Shown: positions 50,453-60,642 of the stretch, in pieces
How positions within the stretch are numbered: position 1 is the first letter of the stretch
Layout of the letters: the number at the start of each line of letters is the position of its first letter
Assembly (NCBI GenBank): GCA_963719225.1
Contig: CAVRAY010000001.1
Span: 3,776,001 to 3,840,000 of the forward strand
Reading direction: 5' to 3'
Origin: Thermoanaerobaculia bacterium
GTDB lineage: Bacteria; Acidobacteriota; Thermoanaerobaculia; UBA5066
Length of the DNA: 64,000 nucleotides
The notes under the pieces: generated by a model
Database searches by the model: none
What the model was told of the DNA's origin: nothing
The model's input: the letters and a program-made list of their open reading frames with translations, nothing else
Made by a program: the position numbers and the translations under genes

Positions 50453-50468
50453 GGGAACGGTCCTTGCA
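50453..50468 (+). promoter_or_regulatory. Possible sigma54 promoter of the DUF421 gene
   Basis: GGGAAC-GGTCC-TTGCA with GG-N10-GC spacing. Confidence 0.45.
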
Positions 50469-50495
50469 TTGCCGGCGCGAGGCGGGGGTCTTCGC

Positions 50496-51032
50496 ATGTA
50501 TTTTGGGATCGCCATCGACTGGCACGCGTTGTTCGTCCCGAGCGTTCACGTTCTGGAAATCGTGCTCCGGGGAACTCTCGTCTACCTTTTCCTCGTCGCT
50601 CTCTTCCGGCTCCTCCGTCGCGAGGCTGGAGCGATCGGCACCCCCGATCTCCTCCTCGTCGTGCTCGTCGCCGACGCCTCGCAGAACGCAATGGCGAACG
50701 AATACAAGTCCGTGACGGATGGCCTCGTTCTCGTATCGACACTCGCGTTCTGGAACTTCGCGCTCGACTGGGCCACCCACCGCTTTCGGGGACTGAAGAA
50801 GCTCCTCGAGCCGGCGCCCCTCCTCGTAATCAGGGACGGCCAAGTCCTCCAGAAGAACCTGCGGAAGGAGATGCTCGGGATTGGCGATCTCAGGTCCCTT
50901 CTCCGCGAGAAGGGAATCGAGAGCCCGGCGGAGGTCAAGCGGGGGTATCTCGAATCGGACGGCGAGCTCAGCGTGATCCGCAAGAGGGGCGCGGCGGACT
51001 CCACGCGATCGCCCGGCGGGCCCGCACGCTGA
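50496..51032 (+). CDS. DUF421 (YetF-like) membrane protein
   Basis: EIVLRGTLVYLF, DASQNAM and LREKGI...YLESDGELSVI motifs. Confidence 0.9.
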   Translation: MYFGIAIDWHALFVPSVHVLEIVLRGTLVYLFLVALFRLLRREAGAIGTPDLLLVVLVADASQNAMANEYKSVTDGLVLVSTLAFWNFALDWATHRFRGLKKLLEPAPLLVIRDGQVLQKNLRKEMLGIGDLRSLLREKGIESPAEVKRGYLESDGELSVIRKRGAADSTRSPGGPAR

Positions 51033-51138
51033 GTTCCTGAGACCACGATGTCAACTCGCGCGCGGGGCAGGCATGCTTGCTCACGTACACTGATTCGGCA
51101 CTCGCGAGAGACCGGATGAAAAGTCCTAACACAAAGCA

Positions 51139-51217
51139 GCACGCACCGGATCGCTACATCGCCGCGCTGCAGCCGGAGGACCGCGTCACCGAGCTCGGCG
51201 ACCGGGTCTGAGCCGTC
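51139..51217 (+). repeat. 79-bp direct repeat, copy 2
   Basis: Duplicate of 50367-50445 with 2 mismatches. Confidence 0.95.
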
Positions 51218-51224
51218 GCGCGCG

Positions 51225-52190
51225 CTAGATCGCCATCGCCCCCGCCGTCACGTCTTCCTCCCGGAAGAGGTCCGTCGAGATGTAGCGCTCCGAGGTGTCG
51301 GGAACCACGAACACGATGAGCTTGCCGGCGCTTTCGGGGCGCTTCGCGATCTCGACGGCCGCGTGCGCCGCGGCGCCGGAAGAGATCCCGCCGAGGATTC
51401 CTTCCTCCTTCGCGAGTCGCCGTGCCATCGCGAACGACTCCTCGTTCGAGACCTGGAACGTGTCGTCCACGTACGCCGGATCGAGGTTCTTCGGAATGAA
51501 GCCGGCTCCGAGCCCCTGGATCTTGTGCGGACCCGGCGCGCCGCCGGAGATCACGGCCGAGCTCGCCGGCTCGACGGCGATGATCCTCAGCGAGGGCTTC
51601 TTCGGTTTCCAGAATCGCCCGACGCCGGTGATCGTGCCGCCCGTGCCCACGCCCGCCACGAAGATGTCCATCTTGCCGTCCGTGTCGTTCCAGAGTTCGG
51701 GGCCCGTCGTGGCTTCGTGAATGGCCGGATTCGCCGGATTCTCGAATTGCTGCGGCTGGACGCCGTTCGGCCCGTACTCGGCGAGAAGGTCCTGCGCCTT
51801 CGCGATCGCGCCCTTCATTCCCATGGGCCCCGGCGTCAGGACGACTTCCGCGCCGAGAAGCTTGAGGACCTTGCGCCGCTCCACGGACATGGTCTCGGGC
51901 ATCGTGAGGATGAGGCGGTAGCCTCTGGCCGCCGCGACGAAGGCCAGGCCGATCCCGGTGTTCCCCGACGTGGGCTCGATGAGCACGGTCCGGCCGGGCG
52001 CGATCTTCCCCGCCTTTTCGAGCGCGTCGATCATGGAAACGCCGATGCGGTCCTTGACGGAATGGGCGGGGTTGAAGAACTCGAGCTTCGCCGCAACCGT
52101 CGCGCCCTCCGCGACGCCGGCCGTCAGCCGGTTGATCCTCACGAGGGGGGTGTTCCCGATCAGCTTCGTGATGTCGGCGGCAATTCTCAT
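51225..52190 (-). CDS. cysK: Cysteine synthase A
   Basis: [25 protein letters not shown] and HKIQG motifs. Confidence 0.97.
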   Translation of the reverse strand: MRIAADITKLIGNTPLVRINRLTAGVAEGATVAAKLEFFNPAHSVKDRIGVSMIDALEKAGKIAPGRTVLIEPTSGNTGIGLAFVAAARGYRLILTMPETMSVERRKVLKLLGAEVVLTPGPMGMKGAIAKAQDLLAEYGPNGVQPQQFENPANPAIHEATTGPELWNDTDGKMDIFVAGVGTGGTITGVGRFWKPKKPSLRIIAVEPASSAVISGGAPGPHKIQGLGAGFIPKNLDPAYVDDTFQVSNEESFAMARRLAKEEGILGGISSGAAAHAAVEIAKRPESAGKLIVFVVPDTSERYISTDLFREEDVTAGAMAI

Positions 52191-52274
52191 GATGATTCCC
52201 CCTCGGAGCGCGCCGGATTGGCCGGCGCGTGACTTGCTACAGCTCAGGCGGAGAAGGTGCCCGTGACTTCCTCT

Positions 52275-52688
52275 TCAGATCGAGTACGTCAGCTCCTCGC
52301 GCTCGGCCTTTACCTCGGCGACGAGATTCGCGATCGTGATCCCCGAGAGAAATCTCCGGTGAGTCTCCGAGAGCTCACGGTCGAGCCTCTGGATGGCACC
52401 CGGCATCGCGGACTGGTCGGGACCCGGCTCGCGTCCCTCGCGGGAGTAGAGCGAGACGACCGAGAGCGTCGTCACCGCGGGAGCGAGCGGCGTCGGCCGG
52501 TATCCACCGTTTCTGCCGCGGCCGGCCGCGACCCAGCCGCTCCTCACGAGCGGCAGGAGAAGCTGGTGCACGGAATCCCGCGAGAGCTCGAGCCAGACCG
52601 CGAGCTGAGCAGACGTCACGTCCGGGCCCGCGCGGTAGACGAGCTCGACGAGGGCCTGGACTGCTTTCTTCTGCCGCGTGTTTAGAAT
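52275..52688 (-). CDS. Rrf2-family regulator (CymR-like position upstream of cysK), probable non-canonical ATT start
   Basis: Frame open upstream of GTG 52619 giving (M)LNTRQKKAVQALVEL; RGRNGGY wing; C-terminal ITIANLV...TYSI. Confidence 0.8.
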   Translation of the reverse strand: MLNTRQKKAVQALVELVYRAGPDVTSAQLAVWLELSRDSVHQLLLPLVRSGWVAAGRGRNGGYRPTPLAPAVTTLSVVSLYSREGREPGPDQSAMPGAIQRLDRELSETHRRFLSGITIANLVAEVKAEREELTYSI

Positions 52689-52724
52689 GGCTAAAAACCC
52701 CTTCGACTTTATCGAGTAACAATC

Positions 52725-54071
52725 ATGCGAGCCCGAAAAGAAATGTCAAGCTTCGCCCTCCTTCTCACCGTCGCACTCGTTTCACGAGTGGCTCTCGCGC
52801 AGCATTCCGTTCCGCCTCCGGGGACCGCGGCCCCGGGCGCGCGGGCCGAACGCCGCACGGCGATCGTCGAGGCGGTCGAGAAGATCGGGCCGGCCGTCGT
52901 CAACATCTCCGCGGAGCGTCTCGTCCAGCAGCGCCGGACCTCGCTCGACGCCTTTCTGGGCTTCGACGCGCGCCCTCAGGGCTACAGGACCGAGTCTCTG
53001 GGGTCCGGCGTGATCCTCGATTCCTCGGGCGTCGTCGTGACGAACGACCACGTCATCTCGGGAGCTTCGAGGATCTGGGTCACGACCGCCGACGGCCGGG
53101 AGCTCGAGGCGAAGCTGGAGGGCGCGGACGCGGACAACGATCTCGCCGTCCTGACCGTGGATCCGAAGAACCTGAGGTCCGCGCGGATCGGGACGACGTC
53201 GGACCTGATGATCGGGGAGACCGTGATCGCGATCGGGAATCCCTTCGGCCTCTCGAACACGGTCACGACGGGAATCGTCTCCGCGGTGCACCGCACCGTG
53301 AAGGGCGAGTCGGGCCGCAACTATTCGGACTTCCTGCAGACCGACGCGGCAATCAACCCCGGGAATTCCGGGGGCGCGCTCGTGAACGTCCTCGGGGAGC
53401 TCATCGGCATCAACACGGCGATCGTGGGCGGCGCGAACACGATCGGTTTCGCGATCCCGATCGATCGGGCGCGCCGCGTCGTCGACGAGCTGCTCCATTA
53501 CGGAGAGGTCAAGTCCGTCTGGCTGGGCCTGAGAGGAACGACCGTCGGCCTCGGAAATCCGCGCTCGCAGTCTCGCGGGCAGGGGCTGCGCGTGCGGTCG
53601 GTGTATCCCAACTCCCCGGCGGCGCGCGCAGGTCTCGAGCCCGGCGACGTCGTCGTCTCGATCGACGGCCGCCCGATCGAGGGGCGCGAGGACTTCGACA
53701 CGGCCCTCACCTCCGCCGGAACGGGCCGGACGCTCACGGTCGCCTTCCGGCGCGACGGCCAGGACCGGACGGTTCGCCTCACGACCGAGCGCACGCCCGA
53801 CGACCTCGGCCTCGAGATCCTGCGCCGCGAGCTCGGCCTCGGGGTGCGCGAAACGCGCAACGGGCCCATGGTCGTCTCCGTGACGCGCAACTCCCCCGCC
53901 GACGACAAGGGTCTCGACCGGGGTGACCTCCTTCTCGCCGTGAACAACCGCAAGGTGAAGACCGTCGAGGAGCTCGCGAAGTCCGTCGAAGGCGGCTTCT
54001 CGCGCTCGAGCCTCGTCCTCTCCGTCTGGCGCGAGCCGTACCTCTACAACGTCACGTTCGGGCTGGAGTAG
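52725..54071 (+). CDS. HtrA/DegP-type serine protease with two PDZ domains
   Basis: GSGV, TNDHV, DLAV and DAAINPGNSGG motifs; PDZ domains. Confidence 0.93.
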   Translation: MRARKEMSSFALLLTVALVSRVALAQHSVPPPGTAAPGARAERRTAIVEAVEKIGPAVVNISAERLVQQRRTSLDAFLGFDARPQGYRTESLGSGVILDSSGVVVTNDHVISGASRIWVTTADGRELEAKLEGADADNDLAVLTVDPKNLRSARIGTTSDLMIGETVIAIGNPFGLSNTVTTGIVSAVHRTVKGESGRNYSDFLQTDAAINPGNSGGALVNVLGELIGINTAIVGGANTIGFAIPIDRARRVVDELLHYGEVKSVWLGLRGTTVGLGNPRSQSRGQGLRVRSVYPNSPAARAGLEPGDVVVSIDGRPIEGREDFDTALTSAGTGRTLTVAFRRDGQDRTVRLTTERTPDDLGLEILRRELGLGVRETRNGPMVVSVTRNSPADDKGLDRGDLLLAVNNRKVKTVEELAKSVEGGFSRSSLVLSVWREPYLYNVTFGLE

Positions 54072-54984
54072 AGAACTTCAGCTCCGACACCACGATGCCG
54101 AGAAGGACGAAGGCGGCGCCCGTCCAATCGCGGCCGGTCATGCGCTCGCCGAGGAACAGCGCCGCGAAAAGGGCGGTGAAGACCGGCTCGAGCGCGAAGA
54201 GGATCGCGGCGTGCGTTGCGGGCATGCGCTGCTGCGCCCACGTCTGCGCGAGGAACGTGACGACGGTCGCGACGAGCGCCATCCACAGGATTGCGGCCGT
54301 GATTCGCGGCGTCCACGCAAGGGAGCGGCTCTCCGCCACGGCGAATGTTCCCCCTCCCGAGAGAAACGGCGCGAGCGCGAGCCGCGCCACGCCCACGGCG
54401 ACCGCCGCCGCCGCGATCTGTCCGAAGGAATACCAGCGCACGTCGTGGTTGGGAGCGGTCTCCGCCATGATGACGATGAGGATCGCGTAGGATACGGCGG
54501 TCCCGACGATCAGGAGGTCTCCCTTGTTCCACCCGGCGGCGCCCTCCGGCCACGTCAGCACCGCGAATCCGGCGGCTGCCAGGACGAGCCCGGCCAGGTT
54601 CTCCCGCGAGGGCTTCTTCCTCGTCATGAGATAGCCCGCGACGGGGGTCAAAGGAACCGAAAGCCCCGTGACGAACGCGGCCTTGCTCGCCGTCGTGAAG
54701 AGCTGGCCGGAGATCTGGCTTCCGATTCCGATCGCGAGGAGGATCCCGATGACCGCGCTGTCTCGCGCGAGGTTCGGCGTGACGGGACGGCCGCGCGCGA
54801 AGACGTAAAGGACGAGGCCCGCTAGCGTGAACCTCACGAGGACGAAGACGAGAGGCGGCGCCGTCTCGAGGGCGAGCCGGTTCACGATGAAGGTCGAGCC
54901 CCAGATCGCCGTCACGAGGACGAGCACGAGATCGGCTTTCAGAGCCTCGTCGCGGGGCACGGAAACGCCGGTCGGTCCGGTCAT
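54052..54984 (-). CDS. DMT/EamA family transporter
   Basis: Ten TM segments; IWGSTF and LEPVF motifs. Confidence 0.9.
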   Translation of the reverse strand: MTGPTGVSVPRDEALKADLVLVLVTAIWGSTFIVNRLALETAPPLVFVLVRFTLAGLVLYVFARGRPVTPNLARDSAVIGILLAIGIGSQISGQLFTTASKAAFVTGLSVPLTPVAGYLMTRKKPSRENLAGLVLAAAGFAVLTWPEGAAGWNKGDLLIVGTAVSYAILIVIMAETAPNHDVRWYSFGQIAAAAVAVGVARLALAPFLSGGGTFAVAESRSLAWTPRITAAILWMALVATVVTFLAQTWAQQRMPATHAAILFALEPVFTALFAALFLGERMTGRDWTGAAFVLLGIVVSELKFSTPART

Positions 54985-55031
54985 GAGCCGCGCATCATGC
55001 CCCAGACCGTGGCTGTTATCCTCGCCGCCCG

Positions 55032-56453
55032 ATGACGGCTCCCCGCGTGCGCTTCGCGCCTTCCCCGACGGGTTCCCTGCACGTCGGAGGGGCGCGCACG
55101 GCTCTCTACAACTGGCTTTTCGCGCGCCGCCACGGGGGGACGTTCCTTCTCCGCATCGAGGACACGGACATCGAAAGGAGCCGCCGCGAGCTCACGGACC
55201 AGATCCTCCATGCCATGCGCTGGCTCGGCCTCGACTGGGACGAGGGCCCGTTCTTCCAGAGCGAGCGCGGCTCCCTCTACCGCGAAGCCGCGGATCGTCT
55301 CCTCGCGAAAGGGAAGGCGTATCGCGCCTTCGAGACGCCCGAGGAGCTCGAGGCGATGAAGAAGGCCGCGGAGGCCGCCGGCAGCGCGTTTCGATACGAC
55401 GGGAAGGCGCGCGCGATCCCGAAGGATGAGTCCGACCGTCGCGCCGCCTCCGGCGAGAAATTCGTCGTACGGCTGCGCGTTCCCGACGGGCCTCTCGTCG
55501 TGGATGACGTCGTGCAGGGACGGACGGAGTTTCCCGCGGGCGCGCTGGACGATTTCGTCCTCGTACGTTCGGACGGGCATCCGCTCTACCACTTCACGGT
55601 CTGCGTGGACGATGTCGCGATGGGGATCACGCACGTGATCCGCGGCGTCGACCATCTCCCGAACGCGCCGAAGCACGTGGCGCTGTTCCGCGCGCTCTCG
55701 GCCCCCGAGCCCGTCTTCGCGCACCTCGGGATGATCCTCGGCACCGACGGCAAGAAGCTGAGCAAGAGGCACGGCGGGGCGGGCGTGGAGGAGTTCGAGG
55801 CGCAGGGCTACCTGCCGGCCGCGCTCGACAACTTCCTCGCTCTCCTGGGCTGGTCGCCGGGCGAGGACCGGGAACGGATGACCCTGGCCGAGATGGTCGC
55901 GCTGTTTTCGCTCGAGCGCATCGGACCTTCCCCTTCGCGCTTCGACCACGAGAAGCTCGCCTGGCTGAACGGGCAGTACCTCCAGGAGATCCCGGAGGCG
56001 GAGCTCGTCGGGATGCTGACGCCGTTCGGGATTCCCGACCTCGACCCCGTGCTCCTCGGCCGGGCGATCGCGCTCCATCGCTCCCGGGCGCGTACGCTCA
56101 CAGAGCTCGCGCACGCCCTCGCGATCTACGGCAGCGACCCGAAGAATTTCGACGCGGCCGGCATGAAGAAGTTCGGGAAACCGGAAGCCGCGCCTCTCGT
56201 GCGCGAGCTCGCCGAGAGGCTTTCGGCGATCGAGCCGTTCACGCGCGGGGCGCTCGAGGAGGCCGCCCGGGCGCTCGCAGCCGAGAAAGGCCTCAAGCTG
56301 GGCGACCTCGCGCAGCCTGCCCGCCTCGCCCTCACCGGCGTTCTCGCGTCTCCCCCGCTCTTCGAGCTCATCGAGGTTCTGGGCCGGGGGACGTCCCGGC
56401 GGCGCCTTCTGGCTTTCGCGGATCTCCTCGCGAGACAGCCGGCCGCGCACTGA
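55032..56453 (+). CDS. gltX: Glutamate--tRNA ligase
   Basis: [19 protein letters not shown] and KLSKR motifs. Confidence 0.96.
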   Translation: MTAPRVRFAPSPTGSLHVGGARTALYNWLFARRHGGTFLLRIEDTDIERSRRELTDQILHAMRWLGLDWDEGPFFQSERGSLYREAADRLLAKGKAYRAFETPEELEAMKKAAEAAGSAFRYDGKARAIPKDESDRRAASGEKFVVRLRVPDGPLVVDDVVQGRTEFPAGALDDFVLVRSDGHPLYHFTVCVDDVAMGITHVIRGVDHLPNAPKHVALFRALSAPEPVFAHLGMILGTDGKKLSKRHGGAGVEEFEAQGYLPAALDNFLALLGWSPGEDRERMTLAEMVALFSLERIGPSPSRFDHEKLAWLNGQYLQEIPEAELVGMLTPFGIPDLDPVLLGRAIALHRSRARTLTELAHALAIYGSDPKNFDAAGMKKFGKPEAAPLVRELAERLSAIEPFTRGALEEAARALAAEKGLKLGDLAQPARLALTGVLASPPLFELIEVLGRGTSRRRLLAFADLLARQPAAH

Positions 56454-56460
56454 GGAGACC

Positions 56461-58176
<1,716 letters not shown>

Positions 58177-58223
58177 GCGCCTCGTCTTCGATGAATCTAG
58201 AATCAGCCGTGGAGGCCCCCTGG

Positions 58224-59432
58224 ATGAGCAAGCCCCTCTACATCGCCGCCTACCACCAGTCGAAGTTCGGGAAGCTGATGGGGATGACCGTCCCCGAGAT
58301 CGTCACCCGGGCCGTCGAAGAGACCTCCTCCTCGATCGGAGTTCCCGCGTCCGCGCTCGACGTCGCTTCCATCGGCGCCACGTGCAACTTCTCGCTGAAC
58401 GAGCAGGGCCTCCTCGCCGGTCTCGTCGCGATGGTTCCGGGGATGGGCGCCAAGCCGATCGAGGCCGTCGAGAACGCCTGCGCGTCCGGCGGGCAGGCGG
58501 TCGTCTCGGTCGCGCAGAAGCTCCTCCTCGGCGAAGGCGACACCGGCATCGCCGTCGGCTACGAGAAGATGCGCGACGCCGAAGGGAAGATGGACGGCAA
58601 GCTCATCGGAAAGGTGCTCGGCTATTTCTCGCACCCGAACGAGCGCGACGGGAAGGTCTTCGTCTTCCCGCACCTCTTCGCCGAGGTGATGGACGCGTAC
58701 ATGAAGGAGCACGGCGCCACCGAGGCCGACCTCGCGGCGATCGCCGTCCAGGAGTACGCAAACGCCCGCCACAATCCCTTTGCGCAGATGCAGCGAAACG
58801 ACGTGACGCTCGAGAAGGCCGTGGCCATCGAGGGCATCAACCGCTACGTGGTGGACGGGCTTCCGCTGAAGACCTACGATTGCTCGCAGATCACGGACGG
58901 CTACGCGGGGATCATCCTCGCGACGGAAGAGGGGCTCGCGAAGCTGGGTGTCGCGAAGGCCGATACGGTGAGACTCGCCGGCTTCGCCCAGGCAACGGAT
59001 CCGCTCCAAAAGGCGGGCCGCGACGTGCTGCACCCCTGCGGCGCGCGCGCCGCCATGGCGAAGGCCTACGCGCGTGCGGGCGTCCGCCCGGACGACGTCA
59101 ACGTGGCCGAGGTGCACGACTGCTTCACCGTCATGGGAGCGATCGGAACCGAAGTCATCGGCAAGGCGCCCGCCGGAAAGGGAGCGCGCTACTGGGTCGA
59201 GGGCAAGGCCCGGCCGGACGGCGCGTGCGGCATCAACACGTCGGGCGGGCTCATTGCGAAGGGACATCCGATCGGCGCGACGGGCATCGCGATGGTCGGC
59301 TGGTCCTCGTGGCAGCTCCTCGGAAAGGTGCCCAAGGAGCTGCAAGTCCCAAACCCCCGCGCCGCGGCCACGTTCAACATCGGCGGTCCGATCTGCGCGT
59401 CGGTCTGCACCGTCCTGACGCCGGCGACGTAG
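58224..59432 (+). CDS. SCP2-type thiolase-domain protein
   Basis: NACASG, EVHDCF and KGHPIGATG motifs. Confidence 0.88.
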   Translation: MSKPLYIAAYHQSKFGKLMGMTVPEIVTRAVEETSSSIGVPASALDVASIGATCNFSLNEQGLLAGLVAMVPGMGAKPIEAVENACASGGQAVVSVAQKLLLGEGDTGIAVGYEKMRDAEGKMDGKLIGKVLGYFSHPNERDGKVFVFPHLFAEVMDAYMKEHGATEADLAAIAVQEYANARHNPFAQMQRNDVTLEKAVAIEGINRYVVDGLPLKTYDCSQITDGYAGIILATEEGLAKLGVAKADTVRLAGFAQATDPLQKAGRDVLHPCGARAAMAKAYARAGVRPDDVNVAEVHDCFTVMGAIGTEVIGKAPAGKGARYWVEGKARPDGACGINTSGGLIAKGHPIGATGIAMVGWSSWQLLGKVPKELQVPNPRAAATFNIGGPICASVCTVLTPAT

Positions 59433-59445
59433 GCCGCGGCGGCGC

Positions 59446-59844
59446 GTGACGGCCCGGAGACGGCTCCTTCTCTGGGCGCCCGTGGCGCTTCTCCTCGGGT
59501 ACGAGTTCTTCCTCTCGTCGCAGCCGCCGAGCGGTCTGCCCGATCTCGGGCCCTGGTTCTGGGAGAAGGACAAGGCCGAGCACGCCGTCTATTTCTTCCT
59601 CACCGGCCTTCTCGCCGTCCGGGCCGCGCGCGTCGGCGAAGGGTGGAGTCGCGGAAAGACGGCCGTCTTCCTGATTCTCGCAGCCTGCATCTGGGGCTGC
59701 TCCGACGAGATCCACCAGTCGTTCACGTCCGGCCGCGACGTCGAGATCGGCGACGTCCTCGCCGACACGGCCGGCGTCGCGCTCGCGGTGGCATTTGGAG
59801 AAAAGATTCTGAGAAGGCTCGGAGGGGACCGGACGATCGCCTGA
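59446..59844 (+). CDS. VanZ family protein
   Basis: DKAEH and DEIHQSFTSGR...DVLAD motifs. Confidence 0.9.
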   Translation: MTARRRLLLWAPVALLLGYEFFLSSQPPSGLPDLGPWFWEKDKAEHAVYFFLTGLLAVRAARVGEGWSRGKTAVFLILAACIWGCSDEIHQSFTSGRDVEIGDVLADTAGVALAVAFGEKILRRLGGDRTIA

Positions 59845-59856
59845 GCGGCGCGCCGT

Positions 59857-59886
59857 TTGACCACGGCCGCGCCGCCCGCTCATAAT
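59857..59886 (+). promoter_or_regulatory. Sigma70-like promoter of tRNA-Gln
   Basis: TTGACC (59857-59862), 18-bp spacer, CATAAT (59881-59886), then a GC-rich discriminator. Confidence 0.65.
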
Positions 59887-59902
59887 CCGCCGCTCTCCTC
59901 GC

Positions 59903-59976
59903 TGGGGGGTCGTCCAACGGTAGGACTCCAGACTCTGGATCTGGCTATCGGGGTTCAAATCCCTGCCCCCCAGCCA
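59903..59976 (+). tRNA. tRNA-Gln (anticodon CTG)
   Basis: Acceptor TGGGGGG/CCCCCCA, anticodon arm CCAGA-CTCTGGA-TCTGG, T-loop GTTCAAATC, encoded CCA. Confidence 0.96.
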
Positions 59977-60044
59977 TTCTGTCTCTCGGATTTCCGAAAC
60001 GCTCCAGCGCCACTCACCCTTCTAAGAATCTTCGAGTTTTCTCT

Positions 60045-60539
60045 TCAATCCCTCGCGAGCGACCGGAAGAACGCGGCGAGATCCTCGGGCCTCCCGCTGC
60101 CCTGATACGTGACGGAGATCGCGCCGCCGGAACGCGAGGCTTTCGGAGGACGGCCCGGCCGTCCGCGTCGCACGGAGGTCGCCGCCGCGGGCGTCCTCGT
60201 GCCGCGAACCGCGCGCTGCCGCTTCGAGCCGGCGGGGCGCAGGCGCGAGACGTCCGGCGGTCCGAGCCGGATTCCGAACTTTCCGCCCACGGTTTCGATG
60301 ACTTTCTTGGCCTCGAGCACGGGGTCCTTCTTCAGCATCGCCTTCGCGTACGCAATGGCGCCCGGACGGTCGATTCCAAGCCGCTTGCGCACATCGCGGA
60401 TGACGCCCGCGCTGATCGTCTTGGGATTCAGCTTGAACGCCTTGCCGATCGCCGCCTTCACTTCCCGCTCCGTGAGCGTCTTGTTTTTCTTGAGCGTATC
60501 CGTCACGAACGTACGAATACCCGCTACAGTCTTGTCCAT
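60045..60539 (-). CDS. Highly basic hypothetical protein with an AT-hook-like motif
   Basis: K/R-rich; two similar helical units (LKKNKTLTEREVKAAIGKAF and LKKDPVLEAKKVIETVGGKF); RRGRPGRPPK; AGGGGAGG SD. Confidence 0.75.
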   Translation of the reverse strand: MDKTVAGIRTFVTDTLKKNKTLTEREVKAAIGKAFKLNPKTISAGVIRDVRKRLGIDRPGAIAYAKAMLKKDPVLEAKKVIETVGGKFGIRLGPPDVSRLRPAGSKRQRAVRGTRTPAAATSVRRGRPGRPPKASRSGGAISVTYQGSGRPEDLAAFFRSLARD

Positions 60540-60642
60540 CCGGAAGTTCCTCCCCTTGCCACAACTCTCTCACAAGACAGACCAAGAGATCAACGTTTGG
60601 GGATTCCAGGAGCGCCGGATGTAACGATAGAATACGCTTCTT

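Noticed and set aside
59903-60046. tRNA-Gln as the attachment site of an integrated element
   Set aside because: No integrase nearby and no duplicated tRNA 3' end seen in the window
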